A DNA stretch of 64,000 bases from an uncultured delta proteobacterium (GTDB taxonomy: Bacteria; Desulfobacterota; Binatia; UBA9968), in assembly GCA_963847445.1 (NCBI GenBank), contig CAWJZV010000015.1, positions 32,001 to 96,000 on the forward strand, given 5' to 3'. The translations under genes were made by a program, and so were the position numbers. This document shows positions 1 through 11,306 of the stretch, piece after piece. Below the pieces are notes generated by a model. It was given only the letters and a program-made list of their open reading frames with translations, had not been told where the DNA came from and did not search any database. Every line of letters starts with the position of its first letter. The stretch's first letter is position 1.

Positions 1-102
1 GCAATGTTATCGGGTCAGATCACGGGTCGGTAGCCCGAGGCCGACCGTTTCAAATTCGGCTGTGCCATTGAACGCGGGTCAAAGCCTACTGCAAGCGGGC
101 GA

Positions 103-876
103 TTATCGCGATGCGACGATGAACAAGCGCGGGAACCGAAGCAGGACCTTGCCATCGTAGCGGCTCGGATAGGCCGCGGCGATCCGGGCGGTGTAGTCGG
201 TCAGGAAAGCTCCTCGCGCCCGGTCATCGAGCGCGTCGAGGAATGGCCGCAACGCCGAGCCCTTGAACCACTCGACGATCGCCTCCGGCCCCGCCATTAC
301 GTGATTGTAGACGATGTGCCAGACGTCGAGATGGCGGGCGAGCGGCCGCAACAAATCGTAGTAGGCTCCCGGAGTCGGCAGGTCGCCGCGCGTAGCATGC
401 TCGAGTGCCGGGTGGCCCGCGTAGGGCCCGCGCGCCGTCACCTGTCGCATTAGCGCGAGTGCCGGCTCGTTGGTATTGTCCGGCATCTGTACGGCAAGCA
501 CGCCGGCGGACGGCAGCGCGTTGAGCAGTCGCGCTAGCACCGCCGGATGGTCAGGCACCCACTGAAACACGGCATTGGCGAACAAAAGATCGGTCCGCTC
601 CGGCGGGTTCCAAGTCGAAAGATCACCGTGCACGAAGGCGCGGCCGGGTAACCGCTCGCGCGCCTGGCGCAGCATGTCGAATGAAGAATCGAGCCCGATC
701 ACTTCGGCATCGGGAAATCGCTCGATCAGAAGCTCGGTGGAATTGCCCGGCCCACAGCCAAGATCGAAGACGCGCGCGGCGTGATCCAGCGGCACCTGGG
801 CGAGAAGATCGCGCGAGGGCCGAGTGCGATCGTCTTCAAACTTGAGATATTGCCGGGCGGACCAGTCGTTCATCAC
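103..876 (-). CDS. tam: trans-aconitate 2-methyltransferase
   Basis: 257 aa; [17 protein letters not shown]-terminus, SAM motif [21 protein letters not shown]-terminal [10 protein letters not shown] typical of Tam. Confidence 0.93.
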   Translation of the reverse strand: MMNDWSARQYLKFEDDRTRPSRDLLAQVPLDHAARVFDLGCGPGNSTELLIERFPDAEVIGLDSSFDMLRQARERLPGRAFVHGDLSTWNPPERTDLLFANAVFQWVPDHPAVLARLLNALPSAGVLAVQMPDNTNEPALALMRQVTARGPYAGHPALEHATRGDLPTPGAYYDLLRPLARHLDVWHIVYNHVMAGPEAIVEWFKGSALRPFLDALDDRARGAFLTDYTARIAAAYPSRYDGKVLLRFPRLFIVASR

Positions 877-1022
877 CGGATGTATAGAAATTTAAAAAAC
901 CTTTTCCGACAATGATATACCCCCGCATCGCCGAGCGCGTCAAATCGAACAGAATGAATATAATAGAAGAGTGTCACGGCCAAAGTGCAGCCAACCGGGT
1001 CAGACCCCAATCCCGCTTCGCG

Positions 1023-1147
1023 TCAGACCGTGAACGTCCGATGCGTAATGTTGGCGAGAGGGGTTCGAGCGCCATCGGTTTTGGAAGCAGTCCTTGCTCG
1101 TGCATGTAGCGCGCGAATGTCTCGAGCGTGCGCCGATTGGCTCTCGA
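1023..1147 (-). pseudogene. Degenerate copy of the 3' end of the 4,5-dihydroxyphthalate-decarboxylase-like gene at 4913-5896
   Basis: 1021-1147 aligns by eye with 4911-5038 (shared TGAACGTCCG, TTCGAGCGCCATCGGTTTTGG, TCCTTGCTCGTGCATGTAGCGC, TCTCGAGCGTG); contains indels and has no 5' part. Confidence 0.75.
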
Positions 1148-1260
1148 GGACAAAGTCCCCTTTTAGGCATTCAGAAATCCGCTTTGCTCGATCTCTCTGA
1201 CAAATTGCAAGTCCTCCAAACATTTCGTGTCGCAATCGCGTGTCTGGTGGGGCGGCTACA

Positions 1261-2637
1261 TCAACGGTAGCCGAACACAGGCGGAAAAACGACGACCACA
1301 AACGCCGCCCACATGGAGTACACCGGCAGGTAGGCGATCTGCCATCGCTCCAGGGCGGCAAACGAGCCGCTACCAAGTAGGAAGCGGGCATAGAGCCACG
1401 CCGACCACGTCAGATTGATCAGCAAGATGAAATTCTCACCGAGCGCCGCCACTCGGTTCGGAGTGAAACCGAACTCGGAGATTCGTGCCGCGATTGCCGC
1501 TAGCGCCAGCGCATCGACCACCAGGGCGCTTACCACCAGCAGTAGCTGCAAGCCGTCGAAGAAATCGGGCGGTCTTTGCGGGTCGCGCGCCGAGGCTGCG
1601 TAGAGCACCAAGCCGACGACGCATACCAACAGCAGGTCGAACGCGATCAGCACTTCCCGCTTTACGTCGATGGGGCTACCCGTCCACGCCATTGTCGCCA
1701 GAAACGCCAGCAGCACGACGGTGAACAGGGGCGTGAATAGCCGCGTCAGCACCGGCGCCATGTTCTCGATGACGCTCTGCTTCGCCTCCACCAGCCAGGA
1801 TCCGACGATAACCGCCCCCATCGCTCCGCACGGTATCAACCAGCCCGCAACCAGCCACTCGGCGTCAATCTCGATGGCGTTGAACATTAACATCGTGAAG
1901 CCGGCGACAACGCCGCCGCCGAGCGCGATGAGCACGTAGTAGATGAACAACTCGCCGGAGAAGCGCACGAAATTCATGCGCCCGCCGCCGGCGAACCAGC
2001 GGCCGCCGACGTAGGCAATGCCGATGACCAGCCACAGGGCGATCGGCAGATGCAGCGCGGTTAGCACCTCGGTATCGCTGGCCGTGCCGAAGTGGAAGAG
2101 ATTCGCGAAGACAGCCGCGGCCGCGAAGGGCAGCGCCAGCCAGACGCAGGTCACGACGGCGAGCCCGCGCTTCCAGGCGAAGTAGGCCGCGAGCTGCGGC
2201 AGCACGAACAGGCTGGCATTGCGGGCGTAGAACGGCTGCAGTTCACCGCCGCCAAGCTGAAGACCGAAAAGCGCCGGCACCTTGATGGCCACGGCCGCGG
2301 CGACGGCAAGGCTCAGGACGACGAGCATTTCGGCGCGCGTGCCCGTCCCCGACTCACCGGCAGCTTCGGGAGCGATGACCAGCTGCTTCCATAGCCGCTC
2401 CGAGTGCTCGCGCGCGAATTCGCGGGACAGCGCATCGAGGCTGCCGATGCGTTTGACGGCGATGAGGAAGGCTTCCTCCGCCGCCAAACCTGCCTCGGTG
2501 AGCACCGCCATCTGGTCGCGCAGGTGGCCCTCCAGTTCCTCCACGTCCGGGCCATGGATCGCCCGCCGGCGGCTCAGATAGAGTCGCCATTGCGCGATCT
2601 GCTCTTCGAGCGGCGAGCGGTCGGCGGGTGCAGTCAT
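1261..2637 (-). CDS. Multi-pass membrane protein with N-terminal permease-prefix-like domain (PadR-associated)
   Basis: EELEGHLRD...GL..EEAF.IAVKRIG N-terminal motif followed by about 11 hydrophobic segments; start MTAPADR overlaps the PadR stop (ATGA). Confidence 0.8.
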   Translation of the reverse strand: MTAPADRSPLEEQIAQWRLYLSRRRAIHGPDVEELEGHLRDQMAVLTEAGLAAEEAFLIAVKRIGSLDALSREFAREHSERLWKQLVIAPEAAGESGTGTRAEMLVVLSLAVAAAVAIKVPALFGLQLGGGELQPFYARNASLFVLPQLAAYFAWKRGLAVVTCVWLALPFAAAAVFANLFHFGTASDTEVLTALHLPIALWLVIGIAYVGGRWFAGGGRMNFVRFSGELFIYYVLIALGGGVVAGFTMLMFNAIEIDAEWLVAGWLIPCGAMGAVIVGSWLVEAKQSVIENMAPVLTRLFTPLFTVVLLAFLATMAWTGSPIDVKREVLIAFDLLLVCVVGLVLYAASARDPQRPPDFFDGLQLLLVVSALVVDALALAAIAARISEFGFTPNRVAALGENFILLINLTWSAWLYARFLLGSGSFAALERWQIAYLPVYSMWAAFVVVVFPPVFGYR

Positions 2638-2972
2638 GCCGTGCGCGCCTTCATCCAGATATGCCGCAGTGTGCTGTCGACAACTTGCCACTGCTGCCGC
2701 TGGAGGGCGAGCTGCGCCCGGCCCTCTTTGGTGATGCGGTAGTACTTGCGCCTGCGGCCGCTCTCAGACGAGCTCCACTTGGCCGCGACAAGACCGTGCC
2801 GCTCGAGCCGGTGCAGCACCGGGTAGAGCATGCCGTCGGTCCACTGCAGGTGGCCGCCCGACAGCTCTGTGACGCGCTTGATGATCCCGTAGCCATAACT
2901 GTCACCCTCGGCCAGGATGGCCAGCACAAGGGGCGTGGCGGATGCGGCGACCAAGTCTTTGCCAAGCTCCAT
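2634..2972 (-). CDS. PadR family transcriptional regulator
   Basis: LVLAILAEGDSYGYGI, GMLYPVLHRLE, RRRKYYRITKEGR motifs. Confidence 0.93.
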   Translation of the reverse strand: MELGKDLVAASATPLVLAILAEGDSYGYGIIKRVTELSGGHLQWTDGMLYPVLHRLERHGLVAAKWSSSESGRRRKYYRITKEGRAQLALQRQQWQVVDSTLRHIWMKARTA

Positions 2973-3595
2973 ACGTAGATGAATCAATACATTGCTGTTC
3001 TATGTATTTCAAAACGGATTTAACCTATCGACGGAAATCGCGCATTCTCGATCGGCTGCCGATTGACGAGACTCCATGCCTGGCGCACCGTGTCGCAATG
3101 AAACACGCGGTATGTTTCCTGCCGATTCAAGAGCGCGGTGCTTTTTGCGCTGCCGATCAGCAGGATCTTTTTCATTTTGTCGATTCTTCTTATTCCATCG
3201 CCGCTCTTCGCGAGCGTATTTTCAAAATGGTCCATTGCCTTTGCTCCGACTGTTGAGTCCGATGGCTCCATGCTGCCCGCAGACGCATGAAGGCCCAAAC
3301 CCGGTTACCGAGACTCGGTCACCGGACTTTTACGTCGATCAAGACAGGCGGAGAATCAAAGATTCAGCACTGACAGGAGAAAATACGGAGGCGATTTCGA
3401 GGAAGTGTTGGTTTCGAACCGAGGCAGGTGCAAGGAATCGGAAAAAAGGCCGACCCGGGTTTGAAAAGAAGTCGGCACAAGCTTTTGCAGATTGAACTCA
3501 TCCTGCAGTGCTTCCGGCACGGGTGAGATTTTTCGGCAACTTGGCGGTCCGACCCAGCGCACCGCTTAGACAAGAGGAAAGCCACGTTCGCCGGA

Positions 3596-4645
3596 CTAAT
3601 TCCCTTTTAGACTTTTCAGAAAGCCGCTTTGCTCGAGCTCTCTGATAAACTGCAAGTCCACCACAGATTTCGTGTCGAAATCGCGCAGCTTCGGATTGCG
3701 CTGGGCAAGTTCCTTGGCAACGAGATCGAATCCTTCGGTTGGCGGCGCAGGGATGTCGGCGTACAGACGCCGGGCGGCATCGAAAGCGGCTCCCATCACT
3801 TCGTGATTCTGGAAACGCGCGTAGCGCGAGATAATCGCCATCGAGCCTTCTCGGTTCGTCTTCAAATAGTGTAAGGCCTGAGCCAGGGCTTTTACGTAGC
3901 GCAGCACGGTGTCACGCTTCTCTCTCACGTAGTTCTGAGTTGTCACGGCGCCGCCCATCGGGAAGGGGGTTTTGGTGGCCACGTAATCCACGAGAAGCTT
4001 GAAACCGAGGCGCTTCGCCTGCTGAAGCTCGAGATCCTGAGCGACCATAAACTGAGCGACGCCCGCCGACATTGCCTGCAAACGCATCGGCGTGTTGCCG
4101 ATAGCGCGCAGCGACACGTCCCGATCCGGATCCAACCCGAGCGCTTTGAGGCCGATGCGAATAACCGTGTCGGCCGCGGTTCCGGGCATATGATTGGCGC
4201 CGACTTTGCCTTTCAGGTCCGCCGGGGAATTAATCGAGCTGTCGACGATCAGATAGTACGGCATCACGTTGACATAGCCGGCGACGATGACCACGGGAGA
4301 CCCGGCCGCGCGGGCGTTGAGCACTGCCGGACCTGTGGATTCGACGATCTGCGCTTCACCAGCGATGAGCGTCTGCATGGTGCGAGGGCTGCCCTCGACG
4401 AACACGATCTTCACGTCGAGTCCTTGGCGCTGAAAAAACCCCGCGTCCTTAGCGATCCACAGCGGAGTGGAGCTCCCGATGGTCACCGATTGATAGGTAG
4501 TCGTTAGCTGATCGGCGGCACGTGCGGCCACAGCGGTAGCGGTGAAAAAAATCAGCGTGATAACAATCAAGCTGAATCGAGCGTTTGCGCCGCGCCATTT
4601 GGCCGGCTTCAAGCGGAATGCTAATTGGCTGCTGTTTTTTCGCAT
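3596..4645 (-). CDS. NitT/TauT/SsuA-family ABC transporter substrate-binding protein
   Basis: Signal peptide; PLWIAKDAGFFQRQGLDV and INSPADLKGK motifs. Confidence 0.88.
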   Translation of the reverse strand: MRKNSSQLAFRLKPAKWRGANARFSLIVITLIFFTATAVAARAADQLTTTYQSVTIGSSTPLWIAKDAGFFQRQGLDVKIVFVEGSPRTMQTLIAGEAQIVESTGPAVLNARAAGSPVVIVAGYVNVMPYYLIVDSSINSPADLKGKVGANHMPGTAADTVIRIGLKALGLDPDRDVSLRAIGNTPMRLQAMSAGVAQFMVAQDLELQQAKRLGFKLLVDYVATKTPFPMGGAVTTQNYVREKRDTVLRYVKALAQALHYLKTNREGSMAIISRYARFQNHEVMGAAFDAARRLYADIPAPPTEGFDLVAKELAQRNPKLRDFDTKSVVDLQFIRELEQSGFLKSLKGN

Positions 4646-4912
4646 CGGTGTATGAGCCCGATTACTCCAATACCAAAGAAAAGTCTACGCCCGCCCCCGA
4701 CTTGAACTCCCGGGCGGTGCTTCCGGCCACCAGCACCTCCAGGCGCCGTGTGGTCGAATCTTTAGCTTTGCGGTTTCGCAGAACCAGCGGGGACGGCGCG
4801 GCCGGCTCATCTGGGGCAACAACGAATCGCATCTCAGCGCCTTTGACTTCCGTAGCCGTAAGGTGGAAAGGGACTCTAGAAAAGCCGAAAGCGGCCGCCA
4901 CGGCTGCTCGCG

Positions 4913-5896
4913 TCATACCCTGAACGTCCGCTGTGTACTGTCGGGGAACAGGGTTTCGAGCGCCATCGGTTTTGGGATTAATCCTTGCTCGTGCATGTAG
5001 CGCACGAACGTCTCGAGCGTGTGTCGATTGCTCTCAAGTCCGTATGGCCAGAAGTCCTCGCCCATCAGGTCCGTGGTCTGGTAGGCGTGCTCGACGAGGA
5101 ACGGTAGACTGAGTGGCAGCGCGCTTGTCTGGGTCAGATCGGCCATCGCCAGATCCTTGGCTTCCGAGAACGCCTTAAACAGCGTAAACGCGACCCAGGG
5201 ATTGGCCTCGAGGATCTCTTTCTTGACCACCAGCGTGTGCATGATGGGAAAAATGCCGGTTCGGCGGAAATAGTCGCGCTCGACCTCGAACGGCTGCTCG
5301 AAGAGCCGCCGCACCACCCTACCACCGCGCCGAAATGTCGAGGGCGTCCTGGCCGTGACCAGCGCGTCGATCTCTCCACTCTCCAGCATTTGCGCCAGCG
5401 AGCGGTCCGCGGGCGCGAAGCCCACGGTGACTCCCGCCGGCTCGGCGGGCTCGAATGGAAGGCGACCGGGCTCCTCGAGCCCGCCTTGCACCCATTCAAC
5501 GTCGGCGGCGCGCACCCCGTAGTCGTCTGCCAGGATGCCGCGCGCCCACACCGCGGCCGTCATCTGGTACTCGGGTACGCCGACGCGCTTGCCACGAAGG
5601 TCCTCCGGCCTGCGGACGCCCGAGCCCTCGTGGACGAAGATGCACGACTGTCGGAAGAAGCGCGATGGAAAAACCGGGATCGCGACGAGGTCGTCGGCGC
5701 CACGACCGCGGCGCACGACATACCCGCCCAGGGAGAACTCCGAGGCGTCGAACTCGCGGTGCTGAGCCATGCGCCAGAAGATTTCCTCCACGCGCAGCAT
5801 GATGTAAGTTAAGTCGATGCCCTCTGCACGGACCCGACCGTCACGGAGCGCCTCCGTCCGATCATAGTGGCCCGCGGCCAGCGTCAAGCGTAGCAT
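4913..5896 (-). CDS. 4,5-dihydroxyphthalate decarboxylase-like protein (periplasmic-binding-protein fold, no signal peptide)
   Basis: YDRTEALRDG, EEIFWRM, FDASEFSL, PVFPSRFFR, GVPEYQMTAAVW, GIFPIMH, DFWPYGLESNR motifs of the Pht5/OphC family; start taken at MLRLTL. Confidence 0.82.
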   Translation of the reverse strand: MLRLTLAAGHYDRTEALRDGRVRAEGIDLTYIMLRVEEIFWRMAQHREFDASEFSLGGYVVRRGRGADDLVAIPVFPSRFFRQSCIFVHEGSGVRRPEDLRGKRVGVPEYQMTAAVWARGILADDYGVRAADVEWVQGGLEEPGRLPFEPAEPAGVTVGFAPADRSLAQMLESGEIDALVTARTPSTFRRGGRVVRRLFEQPFEVERDYFRRTGIFPIMHTLVVKKEILEANPWVAFTLFKAFSEAKDLAMADLTQTSALPLSLPFLVEHAYQTTDLMGEDFWPYGLESNRHTLETFVRYMHEQGLIPKPMALETLFPDSTQRTFRV

Positions 5897-5938
5897 GCCC
5901 ACCTCCGGGTGCGGATAACCCTGCTTTAATCTAATATT

Positions 5939-6033
5939 CCCCGCAGCTTGCTGCGGGGACAAAATTGCTGGGGGTTTCCAAAGGGGGTTGAACATCCCCT
6001 TTGGTCGCGAGCGGGGTTCATACCCCGATCGCG
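5939..6033. repeat. Three consecutive GC-rich hairpins (possible IS-end, MITE or REP remnant)
   Basis: CCCCGCAGC-TT-GCTGCGGGG (5939-5958), CCAAAGGGG...CCCCTTTGG (5978-6004), TCGCGA.CGGGG...CCCCG.TCGCGA (6005-6033). Confidence 0.55.
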
Positions 6034-6305
6034 AAATGCCCGGTTGATCGTTTCGTTAGGCGAGCACGCTACTTCCCCGGCTCAGCATGTTCTGTCAGGT
6101 GTCAGACTTGCCTAAGTTTACTAACGCTTGATGGGAAAAGATGATGCCGCGCCATCAGCGAGTCGTGCCGAAGGACTGCTCTATCAACGTGATGCCCCGT
6201 GGCAATGACGGGCAGAAGTAAGAGTCGGTCAAGCTGTCACTTAACTAACTGTCCGTGAATCCTGGGTTAGCTCAATTCGACCCCGTTCTCCGCCCTGCGC
6301 GAGGA

Positions 6306-7331
6306 TTACGCGGCGACGGTTTCGCGCTGCGCGACCTTGGCGAGCCGCGACATCATCGCTGCGGCATTGTCGTGCAGGATCTTCTCGCGCGCATCCTCGC
6401 CGATCTGCGCGTCCGCAAGCGCCTTGCTGGTCCACTCGCAGCCGAATTCGGTGCCGTCGGTGCCGCACACGATGCGCTCGGCGCCGTACAACCGCACCGC
6501 GGCCTCGATCGCGCGCGGGCCGAAGGAGTTGCAATCCACGTACACCTTGGCGCGGCGGAAGCGCGCCGACGGCAGTTCCTCGTTCGGCGTATCCAGCAGG
6601 CAGCGGTGATCCATGCGCTCGATCTCGTAGGGAATATTGCCGCCGAGATTGTGCACCAGGACCATCGCATCGGGGTACGGCGCGAGGTAGTCGGTGAGGC
6701 ACAGCGTCACCATCACCGAGGACAGGCTCGCCTGCATGTCGAGCGTGCCGTTGCGGCGGCGCGCGTTGTCGGTGTCGCCGGCTACCTTGGGAAACGCGTC
6801 GCCAGGCCGCGGACCGTGGTGAATGAACACGATCGCATGGTGCCGGTTCGCCACCTCCAACAGCGGGCGCATGTTCTCGGCGTCCTTCTTCGTGAGAAAG
6901 CCGTTGCCCGGCACTTGCGCGCCGACCACGCCCGGCAGCGCCAGCGCGCGCTCGAACTCGGCGGCGGCGGCAGACATATCCACGAGCGGCAGCGCGGCAA
7001 ACGCACTGAAGCGCCCCTCGTATTTCTGGCAAAGCCCCGACAGTGCGTCGTTGACCATCCGGCACAGCGGCAGCGAGACCTCGACCGGCTGCGACTCGAT
7101 CCAGCAGTAGGCACCGAGCAGCGACAGCACGCTGGTGCTCACGCCCTGGCGATCCATCCTGGCGAGATGGAATCCGACGTCGTCGAACGCCTTGGACAGC
7201 GGCTCCTCGCCGATCCGGCTCTTCACCACTTCCACGCCGTCCTGATTGCGCACGATGCGCGGTTCCTTGGTGCGGGCGCGCAGGGCGTCGATCAGCTCGG
7301 CGGGCCTCCAATGGGCATGCATGTCGATCAT
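6306..7331 (-). CDS. Amidohydrolase_2 family protein (ACMSD/LigW-like decarboxylase or hydratase)
   Basis: IDMHAHW metal motif, VFIHHG, HNLGGNIP, GTDG. Confidence 0.88.
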   Translation of the reverse strand: MIDMHAHWRPAELIDALRARTKEPRIVRNQDGVEVVKSRIGEEPLSKAFDDVGFHLARMDRQGVSTSVLSLLGAYCWIESQPVEVSLPLCRMVNDALSGLCQKYEGRFSAFAALPLVDMSAAAAEFERALALPGVVGAQVPGNGFLTKKDAENMRPLLEVANRHHAIVFIHHGPRPGDAFPKVAGDTDNARRRNGTLDMQASLSSVMVTLCLTDYLAPYPDAMVLVHNLGGNIPYEIERMDHRCLLDTPNEELPSARFRRAKVYVDCNSFGPRAIEAAVRLYGAERIVCGTDGTEFGCEWTSKALADAQIGEDAREKILHDNAAAMMSRLAKVAQRETVAA

Positions 7332-7586
7332 GGCTATCTCCTTTGGTTATCGTCCAACAGATTAACCCCGAAAGTTCCAGTGTGTGCGAGGTTGTTTGCC
7401 AACTGTGGTGCAATCTATTGCAACCGCCACAGTGAAGCAAGGGTTTTCCCGCACCCTTGCTGTTGGGCCGGGGTCTGAGTTTTGACTGGTTCTGCGAATT
7501 TGGGATTTTCGCTCAGACTCTTATTTTCAGACTATCTTCTCTAATCCTCATCGAACGACGAACGGCCAAAGTGCTATTCAATTCGC

Positions 7587-9048
7587 TTACGCACTCGCCG
7601 TCGGCAACGGCGTCTTCAGTCCCAGCTCATCGGCCACCGCTTGCTCGACTACGGTGCCCTTGAAGAAGTCCGGGTTGTTGCGCGTGTGCAGCGTTGCCGC
7701 GTTGGCGAAGGTGAACTCGCGAAAATCCTGCTCGGTGACGAAGCCCTTCTCGACCATCTCGAACGCTTCAGGAATTACCTCGCGGAAATCAGGCACATCG
7801 AAATGGCGTGAAGTCGGAGCTGAAGACCGGCCGCAGGCGAAAGCCCATGCGGGGATCGAAGGCCCACATGGTCGTTCGGTCGTCGGCCTCGCAACCGAAA
7901 TAGAAGTTGCCGGAGAAGGCCGCCCGGATGTCTTCTTTTGCCTTGATCCCAGCGGCGGCAAAATCGTCGGCGACAAACTCAGGCCGCGCCAGTTCCTCGA
8001 CGCTGCATTCCGGCCGCAAGAAGTCCAGGTTGTTCATGATCGCGTCGGCATTGGCTTTCAGCCTCGCGTCGCCATACTTGGCGATAAAATTATGCATCTC
8101 GGCGATGTTGGTGGCGTTGGGGTTTTGTAAGCCGGCGGGGCGGCGCTTCTCCCAGTGCTCGATCAGATCGGCGCACAACTGACAGGCCCAGCTGACGCCG
8201 CCTTCCATGAAACCGAAATTGAGGCTCGGGTAGCGGCGCACCAAGCCGCCGAGGAAAACGCCCCGGGCGAAGGCGTGGTTCGATGCGGCGAAGTGGCCGA
8301 TATGGTTGTAGGTGAAGTTGCTGATGGAGCCGCGATCCGGCCAGCGGCCGCTGCCCGAGTGCTGGGTGACGGCGACGCCAAGGTCGACACAGCGCTGCCA
8401 GAATGGGTCGTAATTATAGGGGCTGTCGAGGGCGAGAGTGTCGACATACCAGGCGGCTTTATTGGCATCGACGCCTTCCGCCGCGCTTGGGATCGGCCGC
8501 TCCTGGTTTCCCTTGAGCATGATCGCTCGGTAAGCGAGCTTGCCGACGGCGTAGTCGAGCTCTTCGATGGCTTCCTCCGGCGTATGGACGGGAATGATCG
8601 CTACCGGCGCAAATCTCGCGGCATAGGGCGCGAACAGGTCTGCCGTCATCCTGTTGTAGGCGCGGGCCGCAGCCCGGCGCAGGTCATCCTCGGCGATGCC
8701 GTTGAGGGCGAGCCCAAGGCTCGGATAGATCAGCGCGAAGTCGATGCCCAACTCGGGCAGGCGTTGGTTGAGCAAGGCCGGCAGCAGCGCCGTTGCCTTG
8801 TCGAGGGTATTACTGGTGACGCCCCACCAGTTGCTGCGCCGCGTGCGATTGTGCTGGCGCTGCTCCGAGTCGGCGCGGTACCAGGCGTGATTGCGCTGCC
8901 ACAGCGCTCTGATCTGGTCGACAGATTTCGCGCCGCCCACTTCGCTCAAGTACTCGAGGAAGACCGGCACCGGCTCCAACCAGTGGCCGTCGCCATCGAT
9001 CACTGGGTGTTTCAGGCTGTCGTGTATCTCCGCGGCGCGATTCTTCAT
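7587..9048 (-). CDS. Amidohydrolase family protein (frameshift near 7800)
   Basis: VIDGDGHWLEP, LIYPSLG, AARAYN, FGFMEGG, YFGCEADD; FSSD..HFDV motif continues in ORF 7587-7976. Confidence 0.85.
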
Positions 9049-9259
9049 GGACAAGGCTCCAGTCGGATTTGCCGATGCGGGTGCATGCCGCTCGCTCAGC
9101 GAACCGGTGGCGGGCTACGGCTCTTTCGTCAGGAACACCAAGGCCGAAATTCACCAGGCGTTGGAAAATTTCCGCGCTGGTCGGTTCTGGATTCCGGTTT
9201 CGGATAGAGCGTGTGAGGGACGGTTGCTACCGTCGGAACAACCGCGCCTTCCGTGTCGT

Positions 9260-10946
9260 CTATGTAACGATCACGTCGATGATCGCCGTCTTGCCGCTCT
9301 GGTTGGCTTGCAGGCCGCGCTTCAGCGCGTCCTGAAGTTTTTCCGGATCGGTTACCTGCTCGCCGTAGCCGCCGACGGATTCGGCGACCTTCACGAAATC
9401 CGGCGCGTTGATATGCGTGCCGTGGTAGACGTCGGTCTCTGCCGCGATCCCGTCCGGATACATCTTCTGATGCATGCCCTGCATTGCGGCGTATTTCTTG
9501 TTGTTGAAGATCACCACCATGATCGGCAGGTTGTAATCGCGCGCCGCGCCGAGGCTGCCGAGCGCCGGGTTGTACAGGAACGCGCCGTCGCCGATCAGCG
9601 TCACGACCTGCCGTTCCGGATTCGCCAGCTTGATCCCCAGCGAAAGGCCCAGTCCCTGTCCGAGACCGCCCTGGCGGGTGAACAGGCTCTGTGGCTTGTT
9701 CCATACCAGGTGCTGACGCAGCACTGCCGTGTGGGTGGTAACCTCGTCGATATAGATCGTGTCGTCCGGCATGACCGCGTTCAGTGAGGCGCACAGCCAG
9801 ACCGGATCGATCGGTGTTTTCTTGCGCGCCGCCGCCTGTGCTGCGCTATTTTTCTCGACCAGCGCAGCGTGCGCCGCGGCGAGCTCCTTGCGTCTTGCCT
9901 CCACCGCAGCCTTATCGACAGTGGCGGCGTTGGCCAGATCGCGCAGCGTCTGCGCGACGTTGCCTTCCAGGTACATGTCGGCCTGATGGCTCTGGTAGGC
10001 CATGGCCGAGTTGTGCGGCGCTTCGTCCACCATGGCGACCACGGCCTTGGGCGGGCGGTTGCTCGGCGGATACCAGGGCACGCGCGCGCGGACGACGATC
10101 GCAAGATCCATGTCGTTCCAGAACGGTTTGATGTCGGTTCCCTGATAGAGCGGATGATCCTTGGGGAAGTTGGCGAACAGAGCGCCGGCCTTCTCGACCA
10201 CGGGAACAGCGAACTTCTCGCACAGCGCGATCAGCGCCTCGTAGGTCTCGACCTCCTGGCCGGCGCCCTCGGTGAGCACGACCGGATGCTTCGCCTTGGA
10301 AAGCGCGGCGGCGAGCTTTTCGATGTCCTCCGGCGCGGTCAGCATGCGCGGCGCGGCCGGAACCTTGCGCGGATTGGCCGGCGGCGTCCAGCCATCCATC
10401 AACGTTTCCGTCGAGACGGACAGATACGTGGGTCCGGTCGGTTGCCGCTGCGCCAGCTCGCCGGCGCGGATGATGCTTTCATAGAGCGTGTGGACGCTGC
10501 CCGCGACCGAAGTGTATTTGACGATGCGCGTTGACCAGGTGGGTCGTGCCGCCTGGGATGCTGAGGTTGCCTATCCACTGGGCGCCCGGATCGAACTCCG
10601 GCTGCTCGCCGTAGGTCATCGACTCTCCGGAGATCACCACCATCGGCACGCCGGTGACAAAGGCGCCGTGGATGCCCATGGCGCCCTGCAGCAGGCCGGC
10701 GCCTGCATGCAGCAACACGGCCTGCATTTTGCCGGTGGCCAGCGTGTAGCCCGCGGCCATGTCGACGGCGAGCGTTTCGTGCCACACATCGAGAAGCTTC
10801 GGCCCTTCTTTCTTCCGGTGGATCTGGTCGGCCATGGCTTCCCACACGGGCGCCCATTCGGTGCCCGGCGAGGACAGGATGTATTCGACTCCGAGCTTGC
10901 GGAATGCATCGACTATGGCTTCGCCGCCATCGAACTGGTTTTTCAT
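9260..10946 (-). CDS. Thiamine pyrophosphate-dependent enzyme (acetolactate synthase/benzoylformate decarboxylase family), frameshifted
   Basis: N-domain SSPGTEW, HETLAVDMAAGY (10479-10946); C-terminal TPP motif IGDGAFLY...FNN (9260-10402); middle part SVHTLYESIIRAGELAQR in another frame. Confidence 0.88.
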
Positions 10947-11306
10947 GGTTGGTCTCCCTGAACGGCTATTTGTGCGCGCGCACTATCTCACGCCTGAACG
11001 CGCAAGCATCGCTGAGAGCTGCTGATATCAATTCTGGAGTTGCTCTGTCAACCGACGAAGGGTCATTTTACTTACATGATTCTACTGATCTGATACGGTT
11101 GAGTCTGAGAGCGAGCGGGTGAGGATCGGGCGAGAAAAGTCAGGTTCAGCAGGGGTAAGCGTTGTGTCAGGTCTTGCAGTGCGACAAAACCGCATGATCC
11201 AGACGCCAGTCCGTCAAACCGCGTCTAGCGCAGACGTGTATGGCTGCTGTTCGCCAGCAACCTGCGCTCGTGACTGTCACTAATCAGCGGAAACTGTATG
11301 TCGAAT

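Noticed and set aside
3020-3175. MKKILLIG... fragment resembling a truncated receiver domain
   Set aside because: Short, lacks the acidic pocket and phospho-Asp motifs; cannot be supported
6241-9787. Long antisense or alternative-frame ORFs (6241-7440, 6255-7478, 8155-9207, 8891-9787 and similar elsewhere)
   Set aside because: Shadows of real high-GC genes; Arg/Ala-rich translations without motifs
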